From contig NIVC01001977.1 in assembly GCA_002269645.1 (NCBI GenBank), positions 1 through 64,000 on the forward strand: a stretch of 64,000 bases of DNA, read 5' to 3'. The notes beneath the pieces were generated by a model. It did not search any database. It saw nothing but the letters and a program-made list of their open reading frames with translations, and was not told the origin of the DNA. The first letter of the stretch is position 1, and each line of letters begins with the position of its first letter. Shown here one piece after another: positions 1 to 12,000 of the stretch. This stretch comes from Macrostomum lignano (taxonomy: Eukaryota). Both the position numbers and the translations under genes were made by a program.

Positions 1-3000
1 ACGCCGTGAGCGTATTTTCGAACGCCTGTGCATGCGCGAGACTGCTTGGTGTAGTTATTAGAAGGCAACTGCGCCTCTAGCTTCAACGCGTGTCTATTTG
101 TCTAAAGAAACTGACTGCGTGCAAAATACAAGTGTACGGAAGCAGAATAACACGCCGTGAGCGTATTTTCGAAACGCCTGTGCATGCGCGAGACTGCTTG
201 GTGTAGTTATTAGAAGGCAACTGCGCCTAGCTTCAACCGTGTCTATTTGTCTAAAGAAACTGACTGCGTGCAAAATACAAGTGTACGGAAGCAGAATAAC
301 ACGCCGTGAGCGTATTTTCGAACGCCTGTGCATGCGCGAGACTGCTTGGTGTAGTTATTAGAAGGCAACTGCGCCTCTAGCTTCAACCGTGTCTATTTGT
401 CTAAAGAAACTGACTGCGTGCAAAATACAAGTGTACGGAAGCAGAATAACACGCCGTGAGCGTATTTTCGAACGCCTGTGCATGCGCGAGACTGCTTGGT
501 GTAGTTATTAGAAGGCAACTGCGCCTCTAGCTTCAACCGTGTCTATTTGTCTAAAGAAACTGACTGCGTGCAAAATACAAGTGTACGGAAGCAGAATAAC
601 ACGCCGTGAGCGTATTTTCGAACGCCTGTGCATGCGCGAGACTGCTTGGTGTAGTTATTAGAAGGCAACTGCGCCTCTAGCTTCAACCGTGTCTATTTGT
701 CTAAAGAAACTGACTGCGTGCAAAATACAAGTGTACGGAAGCAGAATAACACGCCGTGAGCGTGATCGTATTCGAACGCCTGTGCATGCGCGAGACTGCT
801 TGGTGTAGTTATTAGAAGGCAACTGCGCCTCTAGCTTCAACCGTGTCTATTTGTCTAAAGAAACTGACTGCGTGCAAAATACAAGTGTACGGAAGCAGAA
901 TAACACGCCGTGAGCGTATTTTCGAACGCCTGTGCATGCGCGAGACTGCTTGGTGTAGTTATTAGAAGGCAACTGCGCCTCTAGCTTCAACCGTGTCTAT
1001 TTGTCTAAAGAAACTGACTGCGTGCAAAATACAAGTGTACGGAAGCAGAATAACACGCCGTGAGCGTATTTTCGAACGCCTGTGCATGCGCGAGACTGCT
1101 TGGTGTAGTTATTAGAAGGCAACTGCGCCTCTAGCTTCAACCGTGTCTATTTGTCTAAAGAAACTGACTGCGTGCAAAATACAAGTGTACGGAAGCAGAA
1201 TAACACGCCGTGAGCGTATTTTCGAACGCCTGTGCATGCGCGAGACTGCTTGGTGTAGTTATTAGAAGGCAACTGCGCTCTAGCTTCAACCGTGTCTATT
1301 TGTCTAAAGAAACTGACTGCGTGCAAAATACAAGTGTACGGAAGCAGAATAACACGCCGTGAGCGTATTTTCGAACGCCTGTGCATGCGCGAGACTGCTT
1401 GGTGTAGTTATTAGAAGGCAACTGCGCCTCTAGCTTCAACCGTGTCTATTTGTCTAAAGAAACTGACTGCGTGCAAAATACAAGTGTACGGAAGCAGAAT
1501 AACACGCCGTGAGCGTATTTTCGAACGCCTGTGCATGCGCGAGACTGCTTGGTGTAGTTATTAGAAGGCAACTGCGCCTCTAGCTTCAACCGTGTCTATT
1601 TGTCTAAAGAAACTGACTGCGTGCAAAATACAAGTGTACGGAAGCAGAATAACACGCCGTGAGCGTATTTTCGAACGCCTGTGCATGCGCGAGACTGCTT
1701 GTGTAGTTATTAGAAGGCAACTGCGCCTCTAGCTTCAACCGTGTCTATTTGTCTAAAGAAACTGACTGCGTGCAAAATACAAGTGTACGGAAGCAGAATA
1801 ACACGCCGTGAGCGTATTTTCGAACGCCTGTGCATGCGCGAGACTGCTTGGTGTAGTTATTAGAAGGCAACTGCGCCTCTAGCTTCAACCGTGTCTATTT
1901 GTCTAAAGAAACTGACTGCGTGCAAAATACAAGTGTACGGAAGCAGAATAACACGCCGTGAGCGTATTTTCGAACGCCTGTGCATGCGCGAGACTGCTTG
2001 GTGTAGTTATTAGAAGGCAACTGCGCCTCTAGCTTCAACCGTGTCTATTTGTCTAAAGAAACTGACTGCGTGCAAAATACAAGTGTACGGAAGCAGAATA
2101 ACACGCCGTGAGCGTATTTTCGAACGCCTGTGCATGCGCGAGACTGCTTGGTGTAGTTATTAGAAGGCAACTGCGCCTCTAGCTTCAACCGTGTCTATTT
2201 GTCTAAAGAAACTGACTGCGTGCAAAATACAAGTGTACGGAAGCAGAATAACACGCCGTGAGCGTATTTTCGAACGCCTGTGCATGCGCGAGACTGCTTG
2301 GTGTAGTTATTAGAAGGCAACTGCGCCTCTAGCTTCAACCGTGTCTATTTGTCTAAAGAAACTGACTGCGTGCAAAATACAAGTGTACGGAAGCAGAATA
2401 ACACGCCGTGAGCGTATTTTCGAACGCCTGTGCATGCGCGAGACTGCTTGGTGTAGTTATTAGAAGGCAACTGCGCCTCTAGCTTCAACCGTGTCTATTT
2501 GTCTAAAGAAACTGACTGCGTGCAAAATACAAGTGTACGGAAGCAGAATAACACGCCGTGAGCGTATTTTCGAACGCCTGTGCATGCGCGAGACTGCTTG
2601 GTGTAGTTATTAGAAGGCAACTGCGCCTCTAGCTTCAACCGTGTCTATTTGTCTAAAGAAACTGACTGCGTGCAAAATACAAGTGTACGGAAGCAGAATA
2701 ACACGCCGTGAGCGTATTTTCGAACGCCTGTGCATGCGCGAGACTGCTTGGTGTAGTTATTAGAAGGCAACTGCGCCTCTAGCTTCAACCGTGTCTATTT
2801 GTCTAAAGAAACTGACTGCGTGCAAAATACAAGTGTACGGAAGCAGAATAACACGCCGTGAGCGTATTTTCGAACGCCTGTGCATGCGCGAGACTGCTTG
2901 GTGTAGTTATTAGAAGGCAACTGCGCCTCTAGCTTCAACCGTGTCTATTTGTCTAAAGAAACTGACTGCGTGCAAAATACAAGTGTACGGAAGCAGAATA

Positions 3001-6000
3001 ACACGCCGTGAGCGTATTTTCGAACGCCTGTGCATGCGCGAGACTGCTTGGTGTAGTTATTAGAAGGCAACTGCGCCTCTAGCTTCAACCGTGTCTATTT
3101 GTCTAAAGAAACTGACTGCGTGCAAAATACAAGTGTACGGAAGCAGAATAACACGCCGTGAGCGTATTTTCGAACGCCTGTGCATGCGCGAGACTGCTTG
3201 GTGTAGTTATTAGAAGGCAACTGCGCCTCTAGCTTCAACCGTGTCTATTTGTCTAAAGAAACTGACTGCGTGCAAAATACAAGTGTACGGAAGCAGAATA
3301 ACACGCCGTGAGCGTATTTTCGAACGCCTGTGCATGCGCGAGACTGCTTGGTGTAGTTATTAGAAGGCAACTGCGCCTCTAGCTTCAACCGTGTCTATTT
3401 GTCTAAAGAAACTGACTGCGTGCAAAATACAAGTGTACGGAAGCAGAATAACACGCCGTGAGCGTATTTTCGAACGCCTGTGCATGCGCGAGACTGCTTG
3501 GTGTAGTTATTAGAAGGCAACTGCGCCTCTAGCTTCAACCGTGTCTATTTGTCTAAAGAAACTGACTGCGTGCAAAATACAAGTGTACGGAAGCAGAATA
3601 ACACGCCGTGAGCGTATTTTCGAACGCCTGTGCATGCGCGAGACTGCTTGGTGTAGTTATTAGAAGGCAACTGCGCCTCTAGCTTCAACCGTGTCTATTT
3701 GTCTAAAGAAACTGACTGCGTGCAAAATACAAGTGTACGGAAGCAGAATAACACGCCGTGAGCGTATTTTCGAACGCCTGTGCATGCGCGAGACTGCTTG
3801 GTGTAGTTATTAGAAGGCAACTGCGCCTCTAGCTTCAACCGTGTCTATTTGTCTAAAGAAACTGACTGCGTGCAAAATACAAGTGTACGGAAGCAGAATA
3901 ACACGCCGTGAGCGTATTTTCGAACGCCTGTGCATGCGCGAGACTGCTTGGTGTAGTTATTAGAAGGCAACTGCGCCTCTAGCTTCAACCGTGTCTATTT
4001 GTCTAAAGAAACTGACTGCGTGCAAAATACAAGTGTACGGAAGCAGAATAACACGCCGTGAGCGTATTTTCGAACGCCTGTGCATGCGCGAGACTGCTTG
4101 GTGTAGTTATTAGAAGGCAACTGCGCCTCTAGCTTAACCGTGTCTATTTGTCGAAAGAAACTGACTGCGTGCAAAATACAAGTGCACGGAAGCAGAATAA
4201 CACGCCGTGAGCGTATTTTCGAACGCCTGTGCATGCGCGAGACTGCTTGGTGTAGTTATTAGAAGGCAACTGCGCCTCTAGCTTAAACCGTGTCTATTTG
4301 TCTAAACAAACTGACTGCGTGCAAAATACAAGTGCACGGAAGCAGAATAACACGCCGTGAGCGTATTTTCGAACGCCTGTGCATGCGCGAGACTGCTTGG
4401 TGTAGTTATTAGAAGGCAACTGCGCCTCTAGCTTAAACCGTGTCTATTTGTCTAAAGAAACTGACTGCGTGCAAAATACAAGTGCACGGAAGCAGAATAA
4501 CACGCCGTGAGCGTATTTTCGAACGCCTGTGCATGCGCGAGACTGCTTGGTGTAGTTATTAGAAGGCAACTGCGCCTCTAGCTTAAACCGTGTCTATTTG
4601 TCTAAAGAAACTGACTGCGTGCAAAATACAAGTGCACGGAAGCAGAATAACACGCCGTGAGCGTATTTTCGAACGCCTGTGCATGCGCGAGACTGCTTGG
4701 TGTAGTTATTAGAAGGCAACTGCGCCTCTAGCTTAAACCGTGTCTATTTGTCTAAAGAAACTGACTGCGTGCAAAATACAAGTGCACGGAAGCAGAATAA
4801 CACGCCGTGAGCGTATTTTCGAACGCCTGTGCATGCGCGAGACTGCTTGGTGTAGTTATTAGAAGGCAACTGCGCCTCTAGCTTAAACCGTGTCTATTTG
4901 TCTAAAGAAACTGACTGCGTGCAAAATACAAGTGCACGGAAGCAGAATAACACGCCGTGAGCGTATTTTCGAACGCCTGTGCATGCGCGAGACTGCTTGG
5001 TGTAGTTATTAGAAGGCAACTGCGCCTCTAGCTTAAACCGTGTCTATTTGTCTAAAGAAACTGACTGCGTGCAAAATACAAGTGCACGGAAGCAGAATAA
5101 CACGCCGTGAGCGTATTTTCGAACGCCTGTGCATGCGCGAGACTGCTTGGTGTAGTTATTAGAAGGCAACTGCGCCTCTAGCTTAAACCGTGTCTATTTG
5201 TCTAAACAAACTGACTGCGTGCAAAATACAAGTGCACGGAAGCAGAATAACACGCCGTGAGCGTATTTTCGAACGCCTGTGCATGCGCGAGACTGCTTGG
5301 TGTAGTTATTAGAAGGCAACTGCGCCTCTAGCTTAAACCGTGTCTATTTGTCTAAACAAACTGACTGCGTGCAAAATACAAGTGCACGGAAGCAGAATAA
5401 CACGCCGTGAGCGTATTTTCGAACGCCTGTGCATGCGCGAGACTGCTTGGTGTAGTTATTAGAAGGCAACTGCGCCTCTAGCTTAAACCGTGTCTATTTG
5501 TCTAAACAAACTGACTGCGTGCAAAATACAAGTGCACGGAAGCAGAATAACACGCCGTGAGCGTATTTTCGAACGCCTGTGCATGCGCGAGACTGCTTGG
5601 TGTAGTTATTAGAAGGCAACTGCGCCTCTAGCTTAAACCGTGTCTATTTGTCTAAACAAACTGACTGCGTGCAAAATACAAGTGCACGGAAGCAGAATAA
5701 CACGCCGTGAGCGTATTTTCGAACGCCTGTGCATGCGCGAGACTGCTTGGTGTAGTTATTAGAAGGCAACTGCGCCTCTAGCTTAAACCGTGTCTATTTG
5801 TCTAAAGAAACTGACTGCGTGCAAAATACAAGTGCACGGAAGCAGAATAACACGCCGTGAGCGTATTTTCGAACGCCTGTGCATGCGCGAGACTGCTTGG
5901 TGTAGTTATTAGAAGGCAACTGCGCCTCTAGCTTAAACCGTGTCTATTTGTCTAAAGAAACTGACTGCGTGCAAAATACAAGTGCACGGAAGCAGAATAA

Positions 6001-9000
6001 CACGCCGTGAGCGTATTTTCGAACGCCTGTGCATGCGCGAGACTGCTTGGTGTAGTTATTAGAAGGCAACTGCGCCTCTAGCTTAAACCGTGTCTATTTG
6101 TCTAAAGAAACTGACTGCGTGCAAAATACAAGTGCACGGAAGCAGAATAACACGCCGTGAGCGTATTTTCGAACGCCTGTGCATGCGCGAGACTGCTTGG
6201 TGTAGTTATTAGAAGGCAACTGCGCCTCTAGCTTAAACCGTGTCTATTTGTCTAAAGAAACTGACTGCGTGCAAAATACAAGTGCACGGAAGCAGAATAA
6301 CACGCCGTGAGCGTATTTTCGAACGCCTGTGCATGCGCGAGACTGCTTGGTGTAGTTATTAGAAGGCAACTGCGCCTCTAGCTTAAACCGTGTCTATTTG
6401 TCTAAAGAAACTGACTGCGTGCAAAATACAAGTGCACGGAAGCAGAATAACACGCCGTGAGCGTATTTTCGAACGCCTGTGCATGCGCGAGACTGCTTGG
6501 TGTAGTTATTAGAAGGCAACTGCGCCTCTAGCTTAAACCGTGTCTATTTGTCTAAAGAAACTGACTGCGTGCAAAATACAAGTGCACGGAAGCAGAATAA
6601 CACGCCGTGAGCGTATTTTCGAACGCCTGTGCATGCGCGAGACTGCTTGGTGTAGTTATTAGAAGGCAACTGCGCCTCTAGCTTAAACCGTGTCTATTTG
6701 TCTAAAGAAACTGACTGCGTGCAAAATACAAGTGCACGGAAGCAGAATAACACGCCGTGAGCGTATTTTCGAACGCCTGTGCATGCGCGAGACTGCTTGG
6801 TGTAGTTATTAGAAGGCAACTGCGCCTCTAGCTTAAACCGTGTCTATTTGTCTAAAGAAACTGACTGCGTGCAAAATACAAGTGCACGGAAGCAGAATAA
6901 CACGCCGTGAGCGTATTTTCGAACGCCTGTGCATGCGCGAGACTGCTTGGTGTAGTTATTAGAAGGCAACTGCGCCTCTAGCTTAAACCGTGTCTATTTG
7001 TCTAAAGAAACTGACTGCGTGCAAAATACAAGTGCACGGAAGCAGAATAACACGCCGTGAGCGTATTTTCGAACGCCTGTGCATGCGCGAGACTGCTTGG
7101 TGTAGTTATTAGAAGGCAACTGCGCCTCTAGCTTAAACCGTGTCTATTTGTCTAAAGAAACTGACTGCGTGCAAAATACAAGTGCACGGAAGCAGAATAA
7201 CACGCCGTGAGCGTATTTTCGAACGCCTGTGCATGCGCGAGACTGCTTGGTGTAGTTATTAGAAGGCAACTGCGCCTCTAGCTTAAACCGTGTCTATTTG
7301 TCTAAAGAAACTGACTGCGTGCAAAATACAAGTGCACGGAAGCAGAATAACACGCCGTGAGCGTATTTTCGAACGCCTGTGCATGCGCGAGACTGCTTGG
7401 TGTAGTTATTAGAAGGCAACTGCGCCTCTAGCTTAAACCGTGTCTATTTGTCTAAAGAAACTGACTGCGTGCAAAATACAAGTGCACGGAAGCAGAATAA
7501 CACGCCGTGAGCGTATTTTCGAACGCCTGTGCATGCGCGAGACTGCTTGGTGTAGTTATTAGAAGGCAACTGCGCCTCTAGCTTAAACCGTGTCTATTTG
7601 TCTAAAGAAACTGACTGCGTGCAAAATACAAGTGCACGGAAGCAGAATAACACGCCGTGAGCGTATTTTCGAACGCCTGTGCATGCGCGAGACTGCTTGG
7701 TGTAGTTATTAGAAGGCAACTGCGCCTCTAGCTTAAACCGTGTCTATTTGTCTAAAGAAACTGACTGCGTGCAAAATACAAGTGCACGGAAGCAGAATAA
7801 CACGCCGTGAGCGTATTTTCGAACGCCTGTGCATGCGCGAGACTGCTTGGTGTAGTTATTAGAAGGCAACTGCGCCTCTAGCTTAAACCGTGTCTATTTG
7901 TCTAAAGAAACTGACTGCGTGCAAAATACAAGTGCACGGAAGCAGAATAACACGCCGTGAGCGTATTTTCGAACGCCTGTGCATGCGCGAGACTGCTTGG
8001 TGTAGTTATTAGAAGGCAACTGCGCCTCTAGCTTAAACCGTGTCTATTTGTCTAAAGAAACTGACTGCGTGCAAAATACAAGTGCACGGAAGCAGAATAA
8101 CACGCCGTGAGCGTATTTTCGAACGCCTGTGCATGCGCGAGACTGCTTGGTGTAGTTATTAGAAGGCAACTGCGCCTCTAGCTTAAACCGTGTCTATTTG
8201 TCTAAAGAAACTGACTGCGTGCAAAATACAAGTGCACGGAAGCAGAATAACACGCCGTGAGCGTATTTTCGAACGCCTGTGCATGCGCGAGACTGCTTGG
8301 TGTAGTTATTAGAAGGCAACTGCGCCTCTAGCTTAAACCGTGTCTATTTGTCTAAAGAAACTGACTGCGTGCAAAATACAAGTGCACGGAAGCAGAATAA
8401 CACGCCGTGAGCGTATTTTCGAACGCCTGTGCATGCGCGAGACTGCTTGGTGTAGTTATTAGAAGGCAACTGCGCCTCTAGCTTAAACCGTGTCTATTTG
8501 TCTAAAGAAACTGACTGCGTGCAAAATACAAGTGCACGGAAGCAGAATAACACGCCGTGAGCGTATTTTCGAACGCCTGTGCATGCGCGAGACTGCTTGG
8601 TGTAGTTATTAGAAGGCAACTGCGCCTCTAGCTTAAACCGTGTCTATTTGTCTAAAGAAACTGACTGCGTGCAAAATACAAGTGCACGGAAGCAGAATAA
8701 CACGCCGTGAGCGTATTTTCGAACGCCTGTGCATGCGCGAGACTGCTTGGTGTAGTTATTAGAAGGCAACTGCGCCTCTAGCTTAAACCGTGTCTATTTG
8801 TCTAAAGAAACTGACTGCGTGCAAAATACAAGTGCACGGAAGCAGAATAACACGCCGTGAGCGTATTTTCGAACGCCTGTGCATGCGCGAGACTGCTTGG
8901 TGTAGTTATTAGAAGGCAACTGCGCCTCTAGCTTAAACCGTGTCTATTTGTCTAAAGAAACTGACTGCGTGCAAAATACAAGTGCACGGAAGCAGAATAA

Positions 9001-12000
9001 CACGCCGTGAGCGTATTTTCGAACGCCTGTGCATGCGCGAGACTGCTTGGTGTAGTTATTAGAAGGCAACTGCGCCTCTAGCTTAAACCGTGTCTATTTG
9101 TCTAAAGAAACTGACTGCGTGCAAAATACAAGTGCACGGAAGCAGAATAACACGCCGTGAGCGTATTTTCGAACGCCTGTGCATGCGCGAGACTGCTTGG
9201 TGTAGTTATTAGAAGGCAACTGCGCCTCTAGCTTAAACCGTGTCTATTTGTCTAAAGAAACTGACTGCGTGCAAAATACAAGTGCACGGAAGCAGAATAA
9301 CACGCCGTGAGCGTATTTTCGAACGCCTGTGCATGCGCGAGACTGCTTGGTGTAGTTATTAGAAGGCAACTGCGCCTCTAGCTTAAACCGTGTCTATTTG
9401 TCTAAAGAAACTGACTGCGTGCAAAATACAAGTGCACGGAAGCAGAATAACACGCCGTGAGCGTATTTTCGAACGCCTGTGCATGCGCGAGACTGCTTGG
9501 TGTAGTTATTAGAAGGCAACTGCGCCTCTAGCTTAAACCGTGTCTATTTGTCTAAAGAAACTGACTGCGTGCAAAATACAAGTGCACGGAAGCAGAATAA
9601 CACGCCGTGAGCGTATTTTCGAACGCCTGTGCATGCGCGAGACTGCTTGGTGTAGTTATTAGAAGGCAACTGCGCCTCTAGCTTAAACCGTGTCTATTTG
9701 TCTAAAGAAACTGACTGCGTGCAAAATACAAGTGCACGGAAGCAGAATAACACGCCGTGAGCGTATTTTCGAACGCCTGTGCATGCGCGAGACTGCTTGG
9801 TGTAGTTATTAGAAGGCAACTGCGCCTCTAGCTTAAACCGTGTCTATTTGTCTAAAGAAACTGACTGCGTGCAAAATACAAGTGCACGGAAGCAGAATAA
9901 CACGCCGTGAGCGTATTTTCGAACGCCTGTGCATGCGCGAGACTGCTTGGTGTAGTTATTAGAAGGCAACTGCGCCTCTAGCTTAAACCGTGTCTATTTG
10001 TCTAAAGAAACTGACTGCGTGCAAAATACAAGTGCACGGAAGCAGAATAACACGCCGTGAGCGTATTTTCGAACGCCTGTGCATGCGCGAGACTGCTTGG
10101 TGTAGTTATTAGAAGGCAACTGCGCCTCTAGCTTAAACCGTGTCTATTTGTCTAAAGAAACTGACTGCGTGCAAAATACAAGTGCACGGAAGCAGAATAA
10201 CACGCCGTGAGCGTATTTTCGAACGCCTGTGCATGCGCGAGACTGCTTGGTGTAGTTATTAGAAGGCAACTGCGCCTCTAGCTTAAACCGTGTCTATTTG
10301 TCTAAAGAAACTGACTGCGTGCAAAATACAAGTGCACGGAAGCAGAATAACACGCCGTGAGCGTATTTTCGAACGCCTGTGCATGCGCGAGACTGCTTGG
10401 TGTAGTTATTAGAAGGCAACTGCGCCTCTAGCTTAAACCGTGTCTATTTGTCTAAAGAAACTGACTGCGTGCAAAATACAAGTGCACGGAAGCAGAATAA
10501 CACGCCGTGAGCGTATTTTCGAACGCCTGTGCATGCGCGAGACTGCTTGGTGTAGTTATTAGAAGGCAACTGCGCCTCTAGCTTAAACCGTGTCTATTTG
10601 TCTAAAGAAACTGACTGCGTGCAAAATACAAGTGCACGGAAGCAGAATAACACGCCGTGAGCGTATTTTCGAACGCCTGTGCATGCGCGAGACTGCTTGG
10701 TGTAGTTATTAGAAGGCAACTGCGCCTCTAGCTTAAACCGTGTCTATTTGTCTAAAGAAACTGACTGCGTGCAAAATACAAGTGCACGGAAGCAGAATAA
10801 CACGCCGTGAGCGTATTTTCGAACGCCTGTGCATGCGCGAGACTGCTTGGTGTAGTTATTAGAAGGCAACTGCGCCTCTAGCTTAAACCGTGTCTATTTG
10901 TCTAAAGAAACTGACTGCGTGCAAAATACAAGTGCACGGAAGCAGAATAACACGCCGTGAGCGTATTTTCGAACGCCTGTGCATGCGCGAGACTGCTTGG
11001 TGTAGTTATTAGAAGGCAACTGCGCCTCTAGCTTAAACCGTGTCTATTTGTCTAAAGAAACTGACTGCGTGCAAAATACAAGTGCACGGAAGCAGAATAA
11101 CACGCCGTGAGCGTATTTTCGAACGCCTGTGCATGCGCGAGACTGCTTGGTGTAGTTATTAGAAGGCAACTGCGCCTCTAGCTTAAACCGTGTCTATTTG
11201 TCTAAAGAAACTGACTGCGTGCAAAATACAAGTGCACGGAAGCAGAATAACACGCCGTGAGCGTATTTTCGAACGCCTGTGCATGCGCGAGACTGCTTGG
11301 TGTAGTTATTAGAAGGCAACTGCGCCTCTAGCTTAAACCGTGTCTATTTGTCTAAAGAAACTGACTGCGTGCAAAATACAAGTGCACGGAAGCAGAATAA
11401 CACGCCGTGAGCGTATTTTCGAACGCCTGTGCATGCGCGAGACTGCTTGGTGTAGTTATTAGAAGGCAACTGCGCCTCTAGCTTAAACCGTGTCTATTTG
11501 TCTAAAGAAACTGACTGCGTGCAAAATACAAGTGCACGGAAGCAGAATAACACGCCGTGAGCGTATTTTCGAACGCCTGTGCATGCGCGAGACTGCTTGG
11601 TGTAGTTATTAGAAGGCAACTGCGCCTCTAGCTTAAACCGTGTCTATTTGTCTAAAGAAACTGACTGCGTGCAAAATACAAGTGCACGGAAGCAGAATAA
11701 CACGCCGTGAGCGTATTTTCGAACGCCTGTGCATGCGCGAGACTGCTTGGTGTAGTTATTAGAAGGCAACTGCGCCTCTAGCTTAAACCGTGTCTATTTG
11801 TCTAAAGAAACTGACTGCGTGCAAAATACAAGTGCACGGAAGCAGAATAACACGCCGTGAGCGTATTTTCGAACGCCTGTGCATGCGCGAGACTGCTTGG
11901 TGTAGTTATTAGAAGGCAACTGCGCCTCTAGCTTAAACCGTGTCTATTTGTCTAAAGAAACTGACTGCGTGCAAAATACAAGTGCACGGAAGCAGAATAA

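Noticed and set aside
94-4234. Minus-strand ORFs of 60-79 aa (94-333, 658-840, 1147-1386, 3995-4234)
   Set aside because: Translations of the satellite that stay open only where private indels shift frame; no protein features.
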